This document shows, one piece after another, positions 29,950 through 44,046 of a stretch of 64,000 nucleotides of DNA. The stretch's first letter is position 1, and the number at the start of each line of letters is the position of its first letter. The stretch comes from Eledone cirrhosa (taxonomy: Eukaryota), in NCBI GenBank assembly GCA_964016885.1, contig OZ024741.1:328042001-328106000 (forward strand). The letters are read 5' to 3'. The position numbers were made by a program, and so were the translations under genes. The notes below the pieces were generated by a model. It made no database searches and was not told where the DNA came from. It worked only from the letters and a program-made list of their open reading frames with translations.

Positions 29950-31664
29950 TCAACCTCTCAAAGACACCTCTAACCAACACACAAATCAACATTTTAAGTA
30001 AGGGCCTGAAATTTACACCTACACCACGTAAACCAAACTTCCCCGAAATGAAGGATGACATCATGGAATACTGCCGAAAGCTGCGACTAACGGAATTCTT
30101 CCACAACGACACCAACACTGAAGACGAATCACTGGTTAGAAATAAAAGCAATTTCTGCCCACAAAAGGGAAGAAATAAAGCACTGGACACGTACTGCGAA
30201 CACATCACCAACTTTCCCTATGAAAAAATTACAAATAAACACACGAAATCAAACCTATCTACACACGAATGGGAAGAATTATTCACACTTAGAAATAACC
30301 CTGAGATAACTATCAAAGAAGCCGATAAAGGCAGTACTGTTGTCATTATGAATACGGACTACTATAGGACCCTCGCACTTAACATTTTAGAAAACAACAC
30401 ATACTATGAAAAAACAGAAAACTGCAAACACACCAAAACAATGGGGAACCTTTTGACCTTACTGAATAAATACCGCAACAGCTTAACCACAAAAGAGTTT
30501 AACTATAGAAGCCACTTCAAATGCAATACAAGCTCTTTTTACAACTTACCGAAACTCCACAAATGTAAACCCATAAACGATGCATGTGACACCTCAACCA
30601 ACAATTACATTGAACTAACACCACCAGAAGACCTAAAACTCAGGCCAATTATAGCAGACCCTACATGTGAAACCCACAGACTTAGCAACTTTCTGGACAT
30701 CCTACTGAAACCCTTTCTACAACATATACAGAGCTACATACGAGATGACCTTGACATGCTGAAACACCTCCCTAAAACAGTAAGTGCAAATACAATTCTT
30801 GTCTCCTTTGACGTAATAAACCTCTACACAAACATACCCCACAACTATGGAATAACAGCAGTCCAATACTGGCTTAACACACACCCATCAGAAATACCGA
30901 CACGCATCAACACAGATTTTATCACTGACGGACTCCGCTTTATCCTACAAAATAACTACTTCACATTCAATGGTTCAACATACAGACAAGTATCAGGTAC
31001 GGCAATGGGCACGAAAGTAGCACCCACATATGCCAACTTAGTCATGGGATTCCATGAACAACAAATATACAGTCAATCCCTTCTCTTATTTGGAGACTCT
31101 TTCCACACACACCTCAAAGCCAATTGGAAAAGATATCTAGACGACTGCTTTATCCTATGGCAAGAAGACATGAACTCACTTACTATGTTTAAAAACATGA
31201 TAAACAACATAGATAATAACATACAATTCACAATGGAATCCAATCCTAAGGAATTAGCCTTCTTGGATATTCTCATCTCTGTAATAGACGGGAAAGTAGA
31301 TACAGATATATTCTATAAACCCACAGATTCCAAGCAATACCTCTTTTTCACATCAAGTCACCCAAAACATACAAAACTTAACATTCCTTACAATTTGGCC
31401 AAACGTATATGTACCATAGTATCAGATCCACCTAAACGGGAGCAAAGACTAAAGGAACTAAAAGACACCCTTATCTTAAGAGCCTTTCCACTTGAAATAA
31501 TCAACAATGGAATAGACAGGGCAAAACACCTAAATCCCCATCAACTTAACAATCCAAAACAGAAAACCACACTCAACACCCTGCCATATGTATCCACTTT
31601 CAACCCCAGAAATACCGAAATGTTTGATCACCTACACAAAAACCCATCCTACTTAAAGATGTAA
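29850..31664 (+). CDS. PLE reverse transcriptase
   Basis: IINLS..LSKGLKFTP, IKEADKGSTVVIM, LPKLHK, LRPII, SFDVINLYTNIP, QVSGTAMGTKVAPTYANL, RYLDD, FLDI, YKPTD; frame open from 29850. Confidence 0.95.
   Translation, partial: SHTKLHSFFREKPEIPGYSMSPPPPPPQEKPKIINLSKTPLTNTQINILSKGLKFTPTPRKPNFPEMKDDIMEYCRKLRLTEFFHNDTNTEDESLVRNKSNFCPQKGRNKALDTYCEHITNFPYEKITNKHTKSNLSTHEWEELFTLRNNPEITIKEADKGSTVVIMNTDYYRTLALNILENNTYYEKTENCKHTKTMGNLLTLLNKYRNSLTTKEFNYRSHFKCNTSSFYNLPKLHKCKPINDACDTSTNNYIELTPPEDLKLRPIIADPTCETHRLSNFLDILLKPFLQHIQSYIRDDLDMLKHLPKTVSANTILVSFDVINLYTNIPHNYGITAVQYWLNTHPSEIPTRINTDFITDGLRFILQNNYFTFNGSTYRQVSGTAMGTKVAPTYANLVMGFHEQQIYSQSLLLFGDSFHTHLKANWKRYLDDCFILWQEDMNSLTMFKNMINNIDNNIQFTMESNPKELAFLDILISVIDGKVDTDIFYKPTDSKQYLFFTSSHPKHTKLNIPYNLAKRICTIVSDPPKREQRLKELKDTLILRAFPLEIINNGIDRAKHLNPHQLNNPKQKTTLNTLPYVSTFNPRNTEMFDHLHKNPSYLKM
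29871..29899 (+). promoter_or_regulatory. Candidate -1 programmed ribosomal frameshift site
   Basis: ccT_TTT_TTA_GGG in X_XXY_YYZ register of the upstream ORF; the -1 frame is the RT frame; 8-nt spacer GGGAAAAG, then the small hairpin CCTG-aaatac-CAGG. Confidence 0.6.
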
Positions 31665-32239
31665 AAATGAAGTCTATTCTTGAAACACACAAGATCCTTA
31701 AAAGTAAAAGACAACCCAAATCACTTAAACGCATTCTCACTGGACCAAATATACCCAAACCAATCATCAACCCTACAGTTACCAAATGTGGTAGAACAAA
31801 CTGTGGAACGTGCCTCTACCTCACTGAAGGACAAACATTTACATTCAAAGATGGCCAAACATTTACAGTAAAAAACAATTTCACCTGCAACTCGGAGAAC
31901 TTGATTTACGCAATAACTTGCGGTGGGTGCAAACACAACTACATAGGACAGACGGGCACCTCATTACGCAAAAGAATGACCATCCACCGCCAACAAATCC
32001 GGGACGCTAACACAAGAAAAATCCCCTTGAGCAGCCATATTGCGAACTGCGCAGGAATGACACTACCCAACTTTAAAATCTCCCCCTTCTACAAGTGCTC
32101 AGATTCGTCCACACAGCAACAAAGAATAAACAAAGAAAATCTATTCCTTAACAAATTTAAACCAAAACTAAACGGTTATCACCCCAATAGAATTGTCATA
32201 AAATATAAACACACATACGCACGGAAACACTACTATTAA
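31645..32239 (+). CDS. PLE Cys linker and GIY-YIG endonuclease (separated from the RT by a frameshift near 31642)
   Basis: KRQPKSLKRIL, CGRTNCGTC, NLIYAITCGGC..YIGQT..LRKRMTIH..SSH (CCHH), KE..F..KFKPKLN. Confidence 0.93.
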
Positions 32240-32639
32240 AGACCAGAGACCAATTCTGTAGAATCAGGTTTATTCGTTGACAGACCATGCCTTTGTGTGA
32301 CCAACACATCCATGTTAAACCCTGTACGTGCACACACATATATCTATATATATATGCGCACACAGAATTCACCACTGTCGGTTGCGGGGCCCAATCTACA
32401 TGAAGAACTCAATGTGATCAGAATGACTTGTATTTTAATTTCACTGTCCCAACTTCTTATATTATGAAAAAAATATATGTGTATGTATGTATATATATAT
32501 ATATATTTGGAGGCCATTTCTCTGTGTGTGGGTGTATGTATGTGTATATGTCTGTGTGTGTGTATGTGTGTGCATGTGGATGTATGTATTGTGTATGTGT
32601 GTGTGTATGTATGTGTGTATCTGGATGTATGCGTATGTG

Positions 32640-32683
<44 letters not shown>

Positions 32684-32901
32684 GGTGTGTGTATGTGTAT
32701 ATATATGTGTGTGCGTGTGTGTATGTTTGTATGTGTGTATGCATATATATGTGTGTGTGTGTATGTATGTGTGTATCTGGATGTATGTGTATGTATATAT
32801 ATGTGTGTGTATATATATATATATATATGTGTGTATGTGTATATATGTGTGTGTGTGTGTATGTGTGCATGTATATGTATGTGTGTGTGTATGTATGTGT
32901 G

Positions 32902-32960
<59 letters not shown>

Positions 32961-33327
32961 GTGTGGTATATGTATATGTATGTATGTGTGGATGAAGGTA
33001 TGTGTGTATATATAGGTGTAAGTGCACTATATCCCTTTCTATCACGCTCCACTCTCCTACCCACAACAGGAAGATATATGTATGTATATTGCTTCCACCC
33101 CCTCACTGACCAGCAGCTGGCCAACTGACCATTGCTAAATCTGACCTTTATAAAATAACCCACACCCCAAATAACTTCTCATTCACTACCAGAAAGGGAC
33201 ACAGCAGTCAACTTGCTGTTGCTACCTAGATGAAAACTACTATGAAATCCCACAATGAATTTTATACTTGAATTTTCAAATCTCAAATTTTAACTCTTCG
33301 TATTATTAATTTTTCTTAATATTAATC

Positions 33328-33375
33328 AACATTTGAAAAGATGGCTTTTGCAGACCCATCGAAACCGGTCATTTT
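33328..33375 (+). ncRNA. PLE pseudo-LTR minimal hammerhead, U3-A8 variant
   Basis: AACAT-TTGAAAA-GATGG..CCATC-GAAA-CCGG-TC-ATTTT; palindrome ACCGGT; weak stem I. Confidence 0.78.
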
Positions 33376-33513
33376 TTCTACCCTTTACTATTTCCTTACC
33401 TTATAAAATTATATGTTTTTTCACAAAAAAGTATTCTGTCTCTTATATATTCCATGTGCCATTACCAACCTCAATTTTCTCTATAACCTTCGTTTTGTGT
33501 AGAAAATTACACT

Positions 33514-33592
<79 letters not shown>

Positions 33593-33611
33593 TATATATA
33601 TATTATGTATG

Positions 33612-33645
<34 letters not shown>

Positions 33646-33650
<5 letters not shown>

Positions 33651-34235
33651 ATACTTAGGGAGGGTCATATTTGTGTAATATTGCCAGAATTAATAACAGA
33701 ACACGCTCACTGTTTGGTTGGTTTTCGCTTCTCGCTGTCTTTTATATCTGTAATCTAACTTACTCGGTCCTCAATGTTGCCAGTGACTGACCGGCGGTCA
33801 AAAATAATACAGATACAATATAGACACAAACACATATATATAGTTTACATAATTTACATAAATCTTTCGTTGCACATCTGCAACATCGTCAGTGGTGTTA
33901 TATTTTCCTCCTGTTGTGTTGTATGTCTACGCCATTTTTTATTCAGTCTGTCTATATATTTATTTATTTATTTGCTTGTTTGTTTATTTTATTTTATTTT
34001 GTCTTCTTTGCGCATGCGTTTGCGTGTGTGTATAGTGTTATGTTTGCTGTGTGACTAGTGTGTATAGTGTTATGTTTGCTGGGTGACTAGTGTGTGTTTA
34101 TGTGCTTGTTGTTATTGTGCTTGTGTATGTATTTACTTATCTTATTTTATTTACTTATTTATACTTCTCTTAGGTCAGTGTTGTTTGTTTGGGTGTTGTT
34201 GTTATTCCACTCATTCTTTCTGTTTAGCTTTGGTC

Positions 34236-34238
<3 letters not shown>
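33646..34238 (-). mobile_element. 3' fragment of the second PLE lineage (same family as 62231-63125)
   Basis: Colinear with 62231-62836; encodes [11 protein letters not shown] at its 5' edge. Confidence 0.9.
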
Positions 34239-34239
<1 letters not shown>

Positions 34240-34280
<41 letters not shown>

Positions 34281-34303
34281 CATACATAATATATATATGT
34301 ACA

Positions 34304-34366
<63 letters not shown>

Positions 34367-34435
34367 AGTGTAATTTTCTACACAAAACGAAGGTTATAGA
34401 GAAAATTGAGGTTGGTAATGGCACCTGGAATATAT
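34240..34435 (-). repeat. Inverted duplication of the target-side sequence 33447-33645
   Basis: atgaaaagtgtaattttctacacaaaacgaagg... and the interrupted microsatellite pattern both mirror 33447-33645. Confidence 0.85.
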
Positions 34436-34919
34436 ATATATAAGAGAGAGAGAGATGTTTGTGTGTAAGGAAGTGTGTAGATATTTATGCTTATGTTTAA
34501 GTGTACATATATATACATATACATATTTATTAATATATAATTGTACAGGGGAGTATGTCTACTAATATACATATATGTATGATATTACACATATGAATAC
34601 TCTAAACCAAAATCTATTTCACTGACAGATTTCTATCCGTGAAATTGATTAAATAAAGTCTTAAGAGCTAAAATGTAAATCTATAAATTGAAAATACTAG
34701 ATGGAGATAAAAAGCCAAAAACATAATGTAAAGAAGAACAATTCCAAGAATGTATTAATTATAGCTTCGTCACTCGCTCAGGGTTACGAATAACCGAGTT
34801 GTTTTAATTATAAGTTTATAGTTTATACGGAAAATTAATTCTTTCGAACTGTAGTGGATATGATAGAATGAAAATTGATACACACAACCACACACAGACG
34901 CACACACACATATATATAT

Positions 34920-35020
<101 letters not shown>

Positions 35021-35087
35021 GACATATATATATATAAGTTTATATACATATATATATATAAGTTTATATATATATATGTTTATATGC

Positions 35088-35137
<50 letters not shown>

Positions 35138-35349
35138 CATATATATATATTTGTATATATATATATACACATATATATATGTATACCTATATTTACATAC
35201 ATATAAATTTATAATTTATATGAAATAGAGTAAGTTTCGAACTTAAAATTAATTGTTGAATAAGTCGACCGGACTAATTTTGAGGATATTACAATACTGT
35301 TACTAGAGCCTAGCTCTTTTATGGCCACACATTGTTACTAATTATAGAT

Positions 35350-35499
35350 CAGTCATGCCCAAACTGAGGAGCAGCGAACCGCATGTTGACAATTTGGCTT
35401 GCTGAATGTTACGCATCATTTAAAAATTGACTTGCGGCCCGCCTTGTATTGAAATGCATCCTATGCGACTTGATACACCAAATATGTTGCCCATGCTTG
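35350..35499. mobile_element. hAT-like MITE
   Basis: Terminal inverted repeats cagtcatgcccaaac / gttgcccatgcttg; degenerate 8-bp TSD ttatagat / ttacaggt. Confidence 0.65.
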
Positions 35500-36089
35500 T
35501 TACAGGTGACGACTTGCGCAACCTTAAACAAATCACTAATATCAGACCCTATTTAGGAGTAGAATACATACATACATACATACACAAAAACACATACATA
35601 CATGCACACACACATATATACAAACATACATACATACATACATACATACATACATACATACATACATACATACATACATACATACATACATACATACATA
35701 CATACATACATACATAGAATAAATGTTTTTAATGAAAATCCACCCTCGGCGTCAAACAAACTAAACAAGGTTGTTCGGAAAAATTCTAAATTTCAAACAA
35801 TTCATCATCAAAAAAAGATGGAATTGAAATGAATTACGTAGCAAAGGTGGAGGAGATATGTTGTAAATGTAAAGCATTCAACTCAGATATTGGATCCAAT
35901 GGATCTTTATTTACTCCCAGGGAAAGCCTCTGTTTAATTTTAATACACTTCTAAGATTAAAAAACTAGTAACTTGAATTACTGATATGTGTGAAAGCACA
36001 TGAGAATTAAGATATGGGGTCTCATATATCCTAATATTAGACGTTTATCTCTAGTCAACTTACGATGAAAGCTTCGTATTCCCTGATGC

Positions 36090-36280
36090 ATGCATTCATG
36101 CATGGTCTCATGACTCCTGGTGGAGCCGTAGAGGCACCGTATAGGCATACAACGTTTTTATGACATTTTAAGCCTGACGGAGCCCAACCCACATCTGAGC
36201 ACAGAAGATTTCTTTCAGAGAAGGATAGAAAGTGGGAGAGAGGAAGGGAGAAAAGGATATAGAGGAAGGATCGACGACAG
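36090..36280 (-). repeat. Dispersed repeat (related copy at about 52728-52920, + strand), probably a retroelement 3' end
   Basis: Shared aagaaatct..tg..tcaga, tgggctcc.tcagg.ttaaaa, ctacg.ctcc..caggag, followed by a (CATA/CATG) tail. Confidence 0.6.
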
Positions 36281-36639
36281 TACAAGATTGGTACGTTTTT
36301 ATCGGCCTCTTTATGGTGTAGTTAATGTCCATCATCTTCCTGCTGTAAAACAGAACAAAGAGAAGACACAAAATAACAAACGTACCCACTGAAGGGGGCA
36401 CACAATGCAAGACGAAATGGCTTTAACAATTAACAATTAAAGAACCATCCGGGTTTTAAACTAACCTAACCGACGGAAAATTACAATTATAAATAGAAAT
36501 GAAACTCTCAGTTTCGTGTGTTTTATTAGCAACATGACCCTCCCAAAGAATAACAATATCTGTTTCAACACAATATTTTATCATAAAGTGCATTTTGAAA
36601 GGGTACGTCAATGTTTATTTATAAAACTGGTATATATTG

Positions 36640-36704
36640 TATTTTGTCTGATGAAGGCATACCATAATTTAACATGGTATCCTTGAAATATGTATAATAA
36701 AATA
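36640..36704 (+). ncRNA. Type I hammerhead ribozyme
   Basis: TATTTTGT-CTGATGA-AGGcATACCAT..ATGGTATcCTT-GAAA-TATGTA-TA-ATAAAATA. Confidence 0.82.
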
Positions 36705-36743
36705 AATGTGGTTTTATAAATATAGTTTCCATTTGTGAATATC

Positions 36744-36819
<76 letters not shown>

Positions 36820-36820
<1 letters not shown>

Positions 36821-36981
36821 GAAAAAAAGATGAAATCGAAAATGCAACTGGAGTCTTATTTTAAAAAATATATATATATTTATTTGGTTCCTTTACCGGT
36901 TTCGCAGTTCTTCTGCTTTTCAAAAGTAGAGTTGAGATGGAGGGTCTGTGGTTTTTCTCACATGTGAGAACAACCACAGAC
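36820..36981 (-). mobile_element. Hammerhead mini-element (25176 family) with a short 5' snap-back; ribozyme at 36891-36926
   Basis: ctttaccggtttcgcagttcttctgcttttcaaaag; hairpin gtctgtggtttttctcaca|tgtgagaacaaccacagac. Confidence 0.88.
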
Positions 36982-37034
36982 ATATGCACGTATATATGGA
37001 TGTATGCATATATGTATGAATGCAAGTATGTATG

Positions 37035-37496
37035 TATGAGGGAAAGTTTCCTTTGAGGCATCTCGAACCGCATACGCAAAAGTAAACCGGGATTTGAGAA
37101 AGAGCATTGCTGTTGCATTTCCAGACAGCGAAGGCCCTCCTATGGTGCTGACATGCAGCGTCTGCGCGAGACTCTGCCTAAGCAAAGCTGGACTCGAAAG
37201 TCATCTTCGCAGTCATGAAGTAAGACCAGTGGTTGGCTACCAGGCTGCTGTTGGAGATGTAACTCATCATGCTTGCCAAGCATTAGGTAGAGAATGTAAA
37301 TCAGCAGGAGGGCTCAAAGGACATGCAAAAGTACATGAACTCCAACCACAGCCGGCTATTACCAGCGAATGTTTTGGTTGCCAACTCTGTGCAAAACATT
37401 TTAGATCATTGGCTGGGCTAAAAAGCCACATTCGAAAGGAAATCTGTTAATTGGTATCGTGTGTGTGTGTGTAGATATGTTTATGTGTGTGCGCGC

Positions 37497-37534
<38 letters not shown>

Positions 37535-37655
37535 TATTGTTGTTGTTGTTCTCGTTATTATTATAGTTGTTATTATTATTATTATTATTGTATAATTGTT
37601 TTTTTTTCTCCTGCAATGGCCATACTCGATAACGAGGGAGCAGCCATCATGTATG
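37035..37655 (+). mobile_element. RTE-like LINE 3' end with three C2H2 zinc fingers, interrupted by microsatellites
   Basis: SFEASR..KVNRDLRK, then CSVC..SKAGLESHLRSH, a decayed second finger, and CQLC..SLAGLKSHIRK; 3' end ccatactcgataacgagggagcagccatcat. Confidence 0.65.
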
Positions 37656-38080
37656 GAAGTATGTCTGACATATCTGTATGTATGTAATTATGTTTCTCTT
37701 TCTCTGGTACATTTTTGACCGGCCACCTTCGTGGTGGCAAGGTTGTAACATTAAAGAAATTGTCATCCCTTGAATCGCAAGAATGTTTTGCAAATTTTGA
37801 AGGTGCCAGCTACCTAACCCATTTGTAGTCTATGAATTGGGGAGTTGCGCTTTTAGTAATATATTTAATTATGTGTGTATGTATGTGTAAATGTCTGATT
37901 CGAGCAGATCTCAGACAGTGATATGAAACGCTAGACACAAAGAATATTAACTATGAGTATATAGTGAAGTTAACATTTTTAGTGTATTTTGAATGGGTAA
38001 AATGACTTTTCTACGCTCTTATTGCTTTATTTTTTTGATAATGTATCAAAACATTTTGCTTTCCAGACAATTACACTTCC

Positions 38081-38936
<856 letters not shown>

Positions 38937-38939
<3 letters not shown>

Positions 38940-41900
38940 ATGGTTAAACAAGGTTCAATGAATAAATCAAAGAATGAGTTTTACAATAGAATGGAAGCAC
39001 TCAACAGTGATGGTTTTCCGGAGTTATTAATATTAATTCAAAATATTAACAAAATAGATATTCTTGTGATCAAGTATATTTTATTATACATATTTCAGAG
39101 GTACTGAGTTAACTTCAACAGTACGTCCTCATCAGATAAAATGAGATAATGCATGGCATACCCTGACATGGTAGATGGTTAGGATTCAGTCATGGTAGTG
39201 AATAATATATGACAAAATCCAATATTTATATACCTTAATATTGAAAACATGAGAAAAACATATAATACATAAAATAGTGCGTGTGAGGAAGTTTAAAAAA
39301 ATACCTGGTAGCAATATAATTGTTTAATAATTTAAATTACTGAAGAAGGAGGAAAGAAAAGAAAGGCGTAGAGGAAGAAACAGATGAGGGGATAATAAAG
39401 CTAGTAGGAGCCTAGAAAACAAAGGAGAGGTGATTGCAGAGAGAGAGAGATAAAGAGGAATAACTTATACAATGTAATATGATAGGGAGATATTATACTA
39501 AAACAATATTTGGGCTTAGCTTTAGGAAAAAGAAAAAGAAAAAAAACTCAATTTATTGAAATATCTAAAAATATTTAAAAGTATTCATCAATCGTAATTT
39601 TAAATATAATTGTGTTTATTCATATGAAGGTTATTATCAAGTCCTTAGACAACTATCCATATATACAATATATATCCAAACATATCTGGTTGACCGTTAA
39701 CATTCAAAACATTTATTTCAAGTTAAATCAGAGTAATGAATAATATTTTAGGTTATAAAAGTTAATAAATATCTGTATTAATATTAAAGTATACTATCAT
39801 ATTTAATTTCTAAAAACAAATTTTATGAAATTAAATTTAAAGGATTTACAAACATGAGAAAGAAAATATAATGTTTTTATAACCTCACGAAGGTAAACTT
39901 TAGTAAATTTATCATATAATATTAAATTATTTATATTATATTTAAAACAGTTTATATTATATAATTTAGAAAATAATTACAGAATTTTAAGATTAACTAT
40001 TGAATGCCTAAAGGACCAACAGGCCTTATAATTAAACTTTAAAAAGTCTGATTATTAAATTACATATATGCGTTTATCAAAGAAAATACACAAAGATTAT
40101 ATTGTCTAAAGACTTAAGGTGACACCTCTCAAATAGACATAACATAATACCATACAATATATAAGTTACTGAAAATATTGTTAAAATTAATGTTTTAGAT
40201 CAATTATTGTAATAGGATGATTTAATAGATATATACTATAAATATACAAGTAAAAACTTCATGAGTCCTAAGGATAAGGACTAGATACAAAATAACAAGT
40301 GAAAAAATAAAAATAATGAATTGTTTGCGAACATAAAAGTGTCCAATATTAAAAAATAAATAGTTTAAAATGCTAGAGGTTTTTTTTTAATGTATATAAT
40401 GGACAAACAACACTTTTAAAGTGTCTACGAAGATGATAGAAAGAGGAGCTAAGGATCTCAATGACCCGAATGTAACCTGGATTTAATTAAAATAAGTTAA
40501 ATTAAATTAAGTAATAATCGTTATATAATTTAGAACATTAAGGAAATATCTAACAATTATAACAATAGAGAGTCATTTGAGTATCCAAATTACTTATAAA
40601 TGTAACTAGGAACTGTTTTTATACTACATAAACAAGTTTGTTCAAATATATATAGAGAGAGTATTATAGGTATTAGTGAAACGATATATATATAATAAAT
40701 AAATAATTACAATCATTATTAGTAATGTTATAATTGTAGTTTTACCTCCAGTTCAATGGACTGAAAAAGAAAATATGTTTCGATAAGTATGATTTGTGAC
40801 ATTTATACTTAAATATAAATGTACAAATCTAACTTTCTCAATCCCAAAACATACTCAAAATGAGTAAAATATATAAATGCATGAATAATTTACGGTTCAA
40901 TTATAACGGGTAATCTTACAAGTTATATATCCAAATTATATATTTAAAACAAATACAAATATATAAGGATCCCAATCTAACTTATATATATCTAAAATAA
41001 TCCAAAGGTGTGCATATTCATCAACAGAACAAGTTAACAAATAATATGTTTATATACCTAAACAAAACGCTTTAGTCTAACATTAATTCTATCATACACG
41101 AATAGAAAATAAAACATTATTAAAGTTTTAAAAACTCCTATAAGGTTTTGGGTACAACAGTTGATAAGAGACGTCAAAAATTAAAACCATTTTTATTTAG
41201 TGTTTTTTCGTGACTTTTAAATATATATAAGTTTGATTGGGATCCTTATATATTTGTATTTATTTTAAATATATAATTTGCATATATAGCTTGTAAGATT
41301 ACCGGTTATAATTGAACCGTAAATCATTCATGCATTTATATATTTTACTCATTTTGAGTATGTTTTGGGATTTAGAAAGTTAGATTTTTACATATATATG
41401 TTTATATATATTTAAGTATACATGTCATAAATCATACTTGTCGAAAAATATTGGTTTTTCTTTCCACTGAACTGCAGGTAAAGCTACAATTATAACATTA
41501 CTAATAATGATTGTAAATATATATTTATTATATGTATATCGTTTCACTAATACCTATAATACTCTCTATATGTATTTGAACAAACTTGTTTATCTAATAT
41601 AATAACATGCACCTAGTTACATTTATAAATAATTTGGATACTCAAATGACTCTCTTTTGTTATAATAGTTAAATATTTCCTTAATGTTCTAAATTATATA
41701 ACGATTATTACTTAATTTAATTTAATTTATTTTAATTAAATCCGGGTTACATTCGGTTCATTCAAATCCTTAGCTTCTCTTTCTATCATATTCGTGGACA
41801 CTTTAGAAGTGTTGTATGCCTATTATATAAATTTAAAAAAAAACCTCTAGCATTTTAAACTATATATTTTTTAATATTTAGCAATTTTATGTTCGCAAAC

Positions 41901-43190
41901 AATTCATTATCTTTATTTTTTGTTTCACTTGTTATTTTGTATCTAGTCCTTATCACTTAGAACTCATGAAGTTTTGACTTGTATATTTATAGTATATATC
42001 TATTAAATCATCCTATTACAATAATTAGATCTAAAACATTAATTTTAACAATATTTTCAGTAACTTATTTATTGTATGGTATTATGTTATGTCTATTTGA
42101 GAAGTGTCATCTTAAGTCTTTAGACAATATAATCTTTGTGTATTCTTTTTGATAAACACACATATGTAATTTAATAATCAGATTTTTTAAAGTTTAATTA
42201 TAGGGTATGTTGGTCCTTTAGGCATTGAAATAGTTAATCTTAAAATTCTTTAAAAATTACAACTGTAATTATTTTCTAAATTATATAATATAAACTGTTT
42301 TAAATATAATATAAATAATTTAATATTATATAATAAATTTACTAAAGTTTACCTTCGTGAGGTTGTAAAAACATTATGTTTTCTTTCTCGTGTTTGTAAA
42401 TCCTTTAAATTTGATTTCATAAAATTGTTTTTTAGAAATTAATTATGATAGTATACTTTAATATTAATACGGATATTTATTAACTTTTATAACCTAAAAT
42501 ATTATTCATTACACTGAACTAACTTAAATTAAATGTTTTGAATTTTAACGGTCAACCAGATATGTTTGGATATATATTGTATATATGGATAGTTTTCTAA
42601 GGACTTGAATTATATTTAAAATTACGATTGATGAATACTTTTAAATATTTTTAGATATTTCAATAATTCAATAAATTGTTTTTTTTTTTCGTTTTTCCTA
42701 AAGCTAAGCCCAAATATTGTTTTAGTATAATATCTCCCTATCATATTACATTGTATAAGTTATTCCTCTTTATCTCTCTCTCTCTGTAATCAACTCTCCT
42801 TTGTTTTCTAGGCTCCTACTAGCTTTATTATCCCCTCATCTGTTTCTTCCTCTATGCATTTCTTTTCTTTCCTCCTTCTTCAGTAATTTAAATTATTAAA
42901 CAGTCATATTGCTACCAGGTATTTTTTAAAACTTTCTCACACGTACCCTCTCTATTTTATGTATTATATGTTTTCAATATTAAGGTATATAATTATTGGA
43001 TTTTGTCATATATTATTCACTACCATGACTGAATCTTAACCATCTACAATGTCAGGGTATGTCATGCATCATCTTGTTTTATCTGATGAGGACGTACTGT
43101 TGAAGTTAACTCAGTACCTCTGAAATATGTATAATAAAATATACTTGATCACAAGAATATCTATTTTTGATACTACTTTGAATTAATATA
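38937..43190. mobile_element. 4.25-kb palindrome: head-to-head copies of a ~2-kb AT-rich non-autonomous element with terminal hammerheads (39078-39142 minus, 43077-43139 plus)
   Basis: About 39030-40990 is the reverse complement of 41221-43190, with a ~230-bp spacer; intact CTGATGA/GAAA cores at both outer ends. Confidence 0.92.
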
Positions 43191-43195
43191 TATAT

Positions 43196-43980
43196 ATATA
43201 TCAAAGGTATATATTCAGTTAGGAACTCAAAATAGTCTCTTACAACAAAAAGCCTAAGAAAGAGATATTTCCGAGTCGTATATTGTAATAGAATATAAAA
43301 GAAAAACGAACAGATATATATATATGTGTGTGTGTGTTCAAATCGTAAGGGACCATATTCGCTAAGGTGAAAAGAATACTAACTATAGAGAATTGGGTTT
43401 GCTTGTCTCAATTTAAGAAAAAATCAAGAAAATAAATACAAACCGGAATTGTGGTAACTACCAATCACCCAGACAACTTGTTGTTGTTTCGCAATGTTAA
43501 TTGTGAATGGAATTACCAATTCAAGCTCATCAGTAGGTGATTAATTAGTTTCCTAGACACTTATAAGTATATTAAGAAACTGAATAGTGTGCTATATATA
43601 TAATAGCGCACATGGCATCCTAGCGCGTCTCACAAACTTACACCACTAAAAATAGCAGGCAGGTTTTTCGACATTTGAAATAGCTCAACAAATTAACGGA
43701 GCCGAATATATCAAAGGTATATATTGATATATACTAGATGAGCTTGAATTGGTAATTCCATTCACAATTAACATTGCGAAACAACAACAAGTTTTCTGGG
43801 TGATCGGTAGTTAGCACAATTCCGGTTTGTATTTATTTTCTTGATTTTTTGTTAAATCGAGACAAGCAAACAGATTGTGTATAGTTAGTATTCTTTTCAC
43901 CTTATCAAATCTGGTTCCTTACGATTTGAACACACATATATATATATCTGTGTTCGTTTTTCTTTTATATTCTATTATAT
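43196..43980. mobile_element. Retrozyme-like ~510-nt unit (minus strand, ~20-nt terminal repeat) plus a head-to-head partial copy at 43728-43980
   Basis: atatatcaaaggtatatatt at about 43196 and 43706; 43735-43978 mirrors 43285-43531. Confidence 0.85.
43463..43542 (-). ncRNA. Type I hammerhead with a self-contained stem III
   Basis: Minus strand: AATCACCTA-CTGATGA-GC..GC-GAAA-CAAC aacaa GTTG-TC-TGGGTGATT. Confidence 0.85.
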
Positions 43981-43981
43981 T

Positions 43982-44041
<60 letters not shown>

Positions 44042-44046
44042 CATAA

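Larger units (their letters stand above)
28091..33519 (+). mobile_element. Near full-length Penelope-like element (Neptune-like Cys linker) with an inverted 5' pseudo-LTR
   Basis: 28091-~28790 is the reverse complement of ~32800-33479; RT and GIY-YIG ORFs lie between; ~40-nt extra 3' tail; (TA)n flanks. Confidence 0.95.

Noticed and set aside
31635-31667. RT/EN frame break as a second programmed frameshift
   Set aside because: It falls inside the normally continuous thumb-linker region with no strong stimulatory structure; best read as an indel in this copy
39600-40700. RT-like motifs on the plus strand of the left palindrome arm
   Set aside because: Spacing is inconsistent with PLE RT and the orientation is opposite to the ribozyme; likely chance in AT-rich DNA
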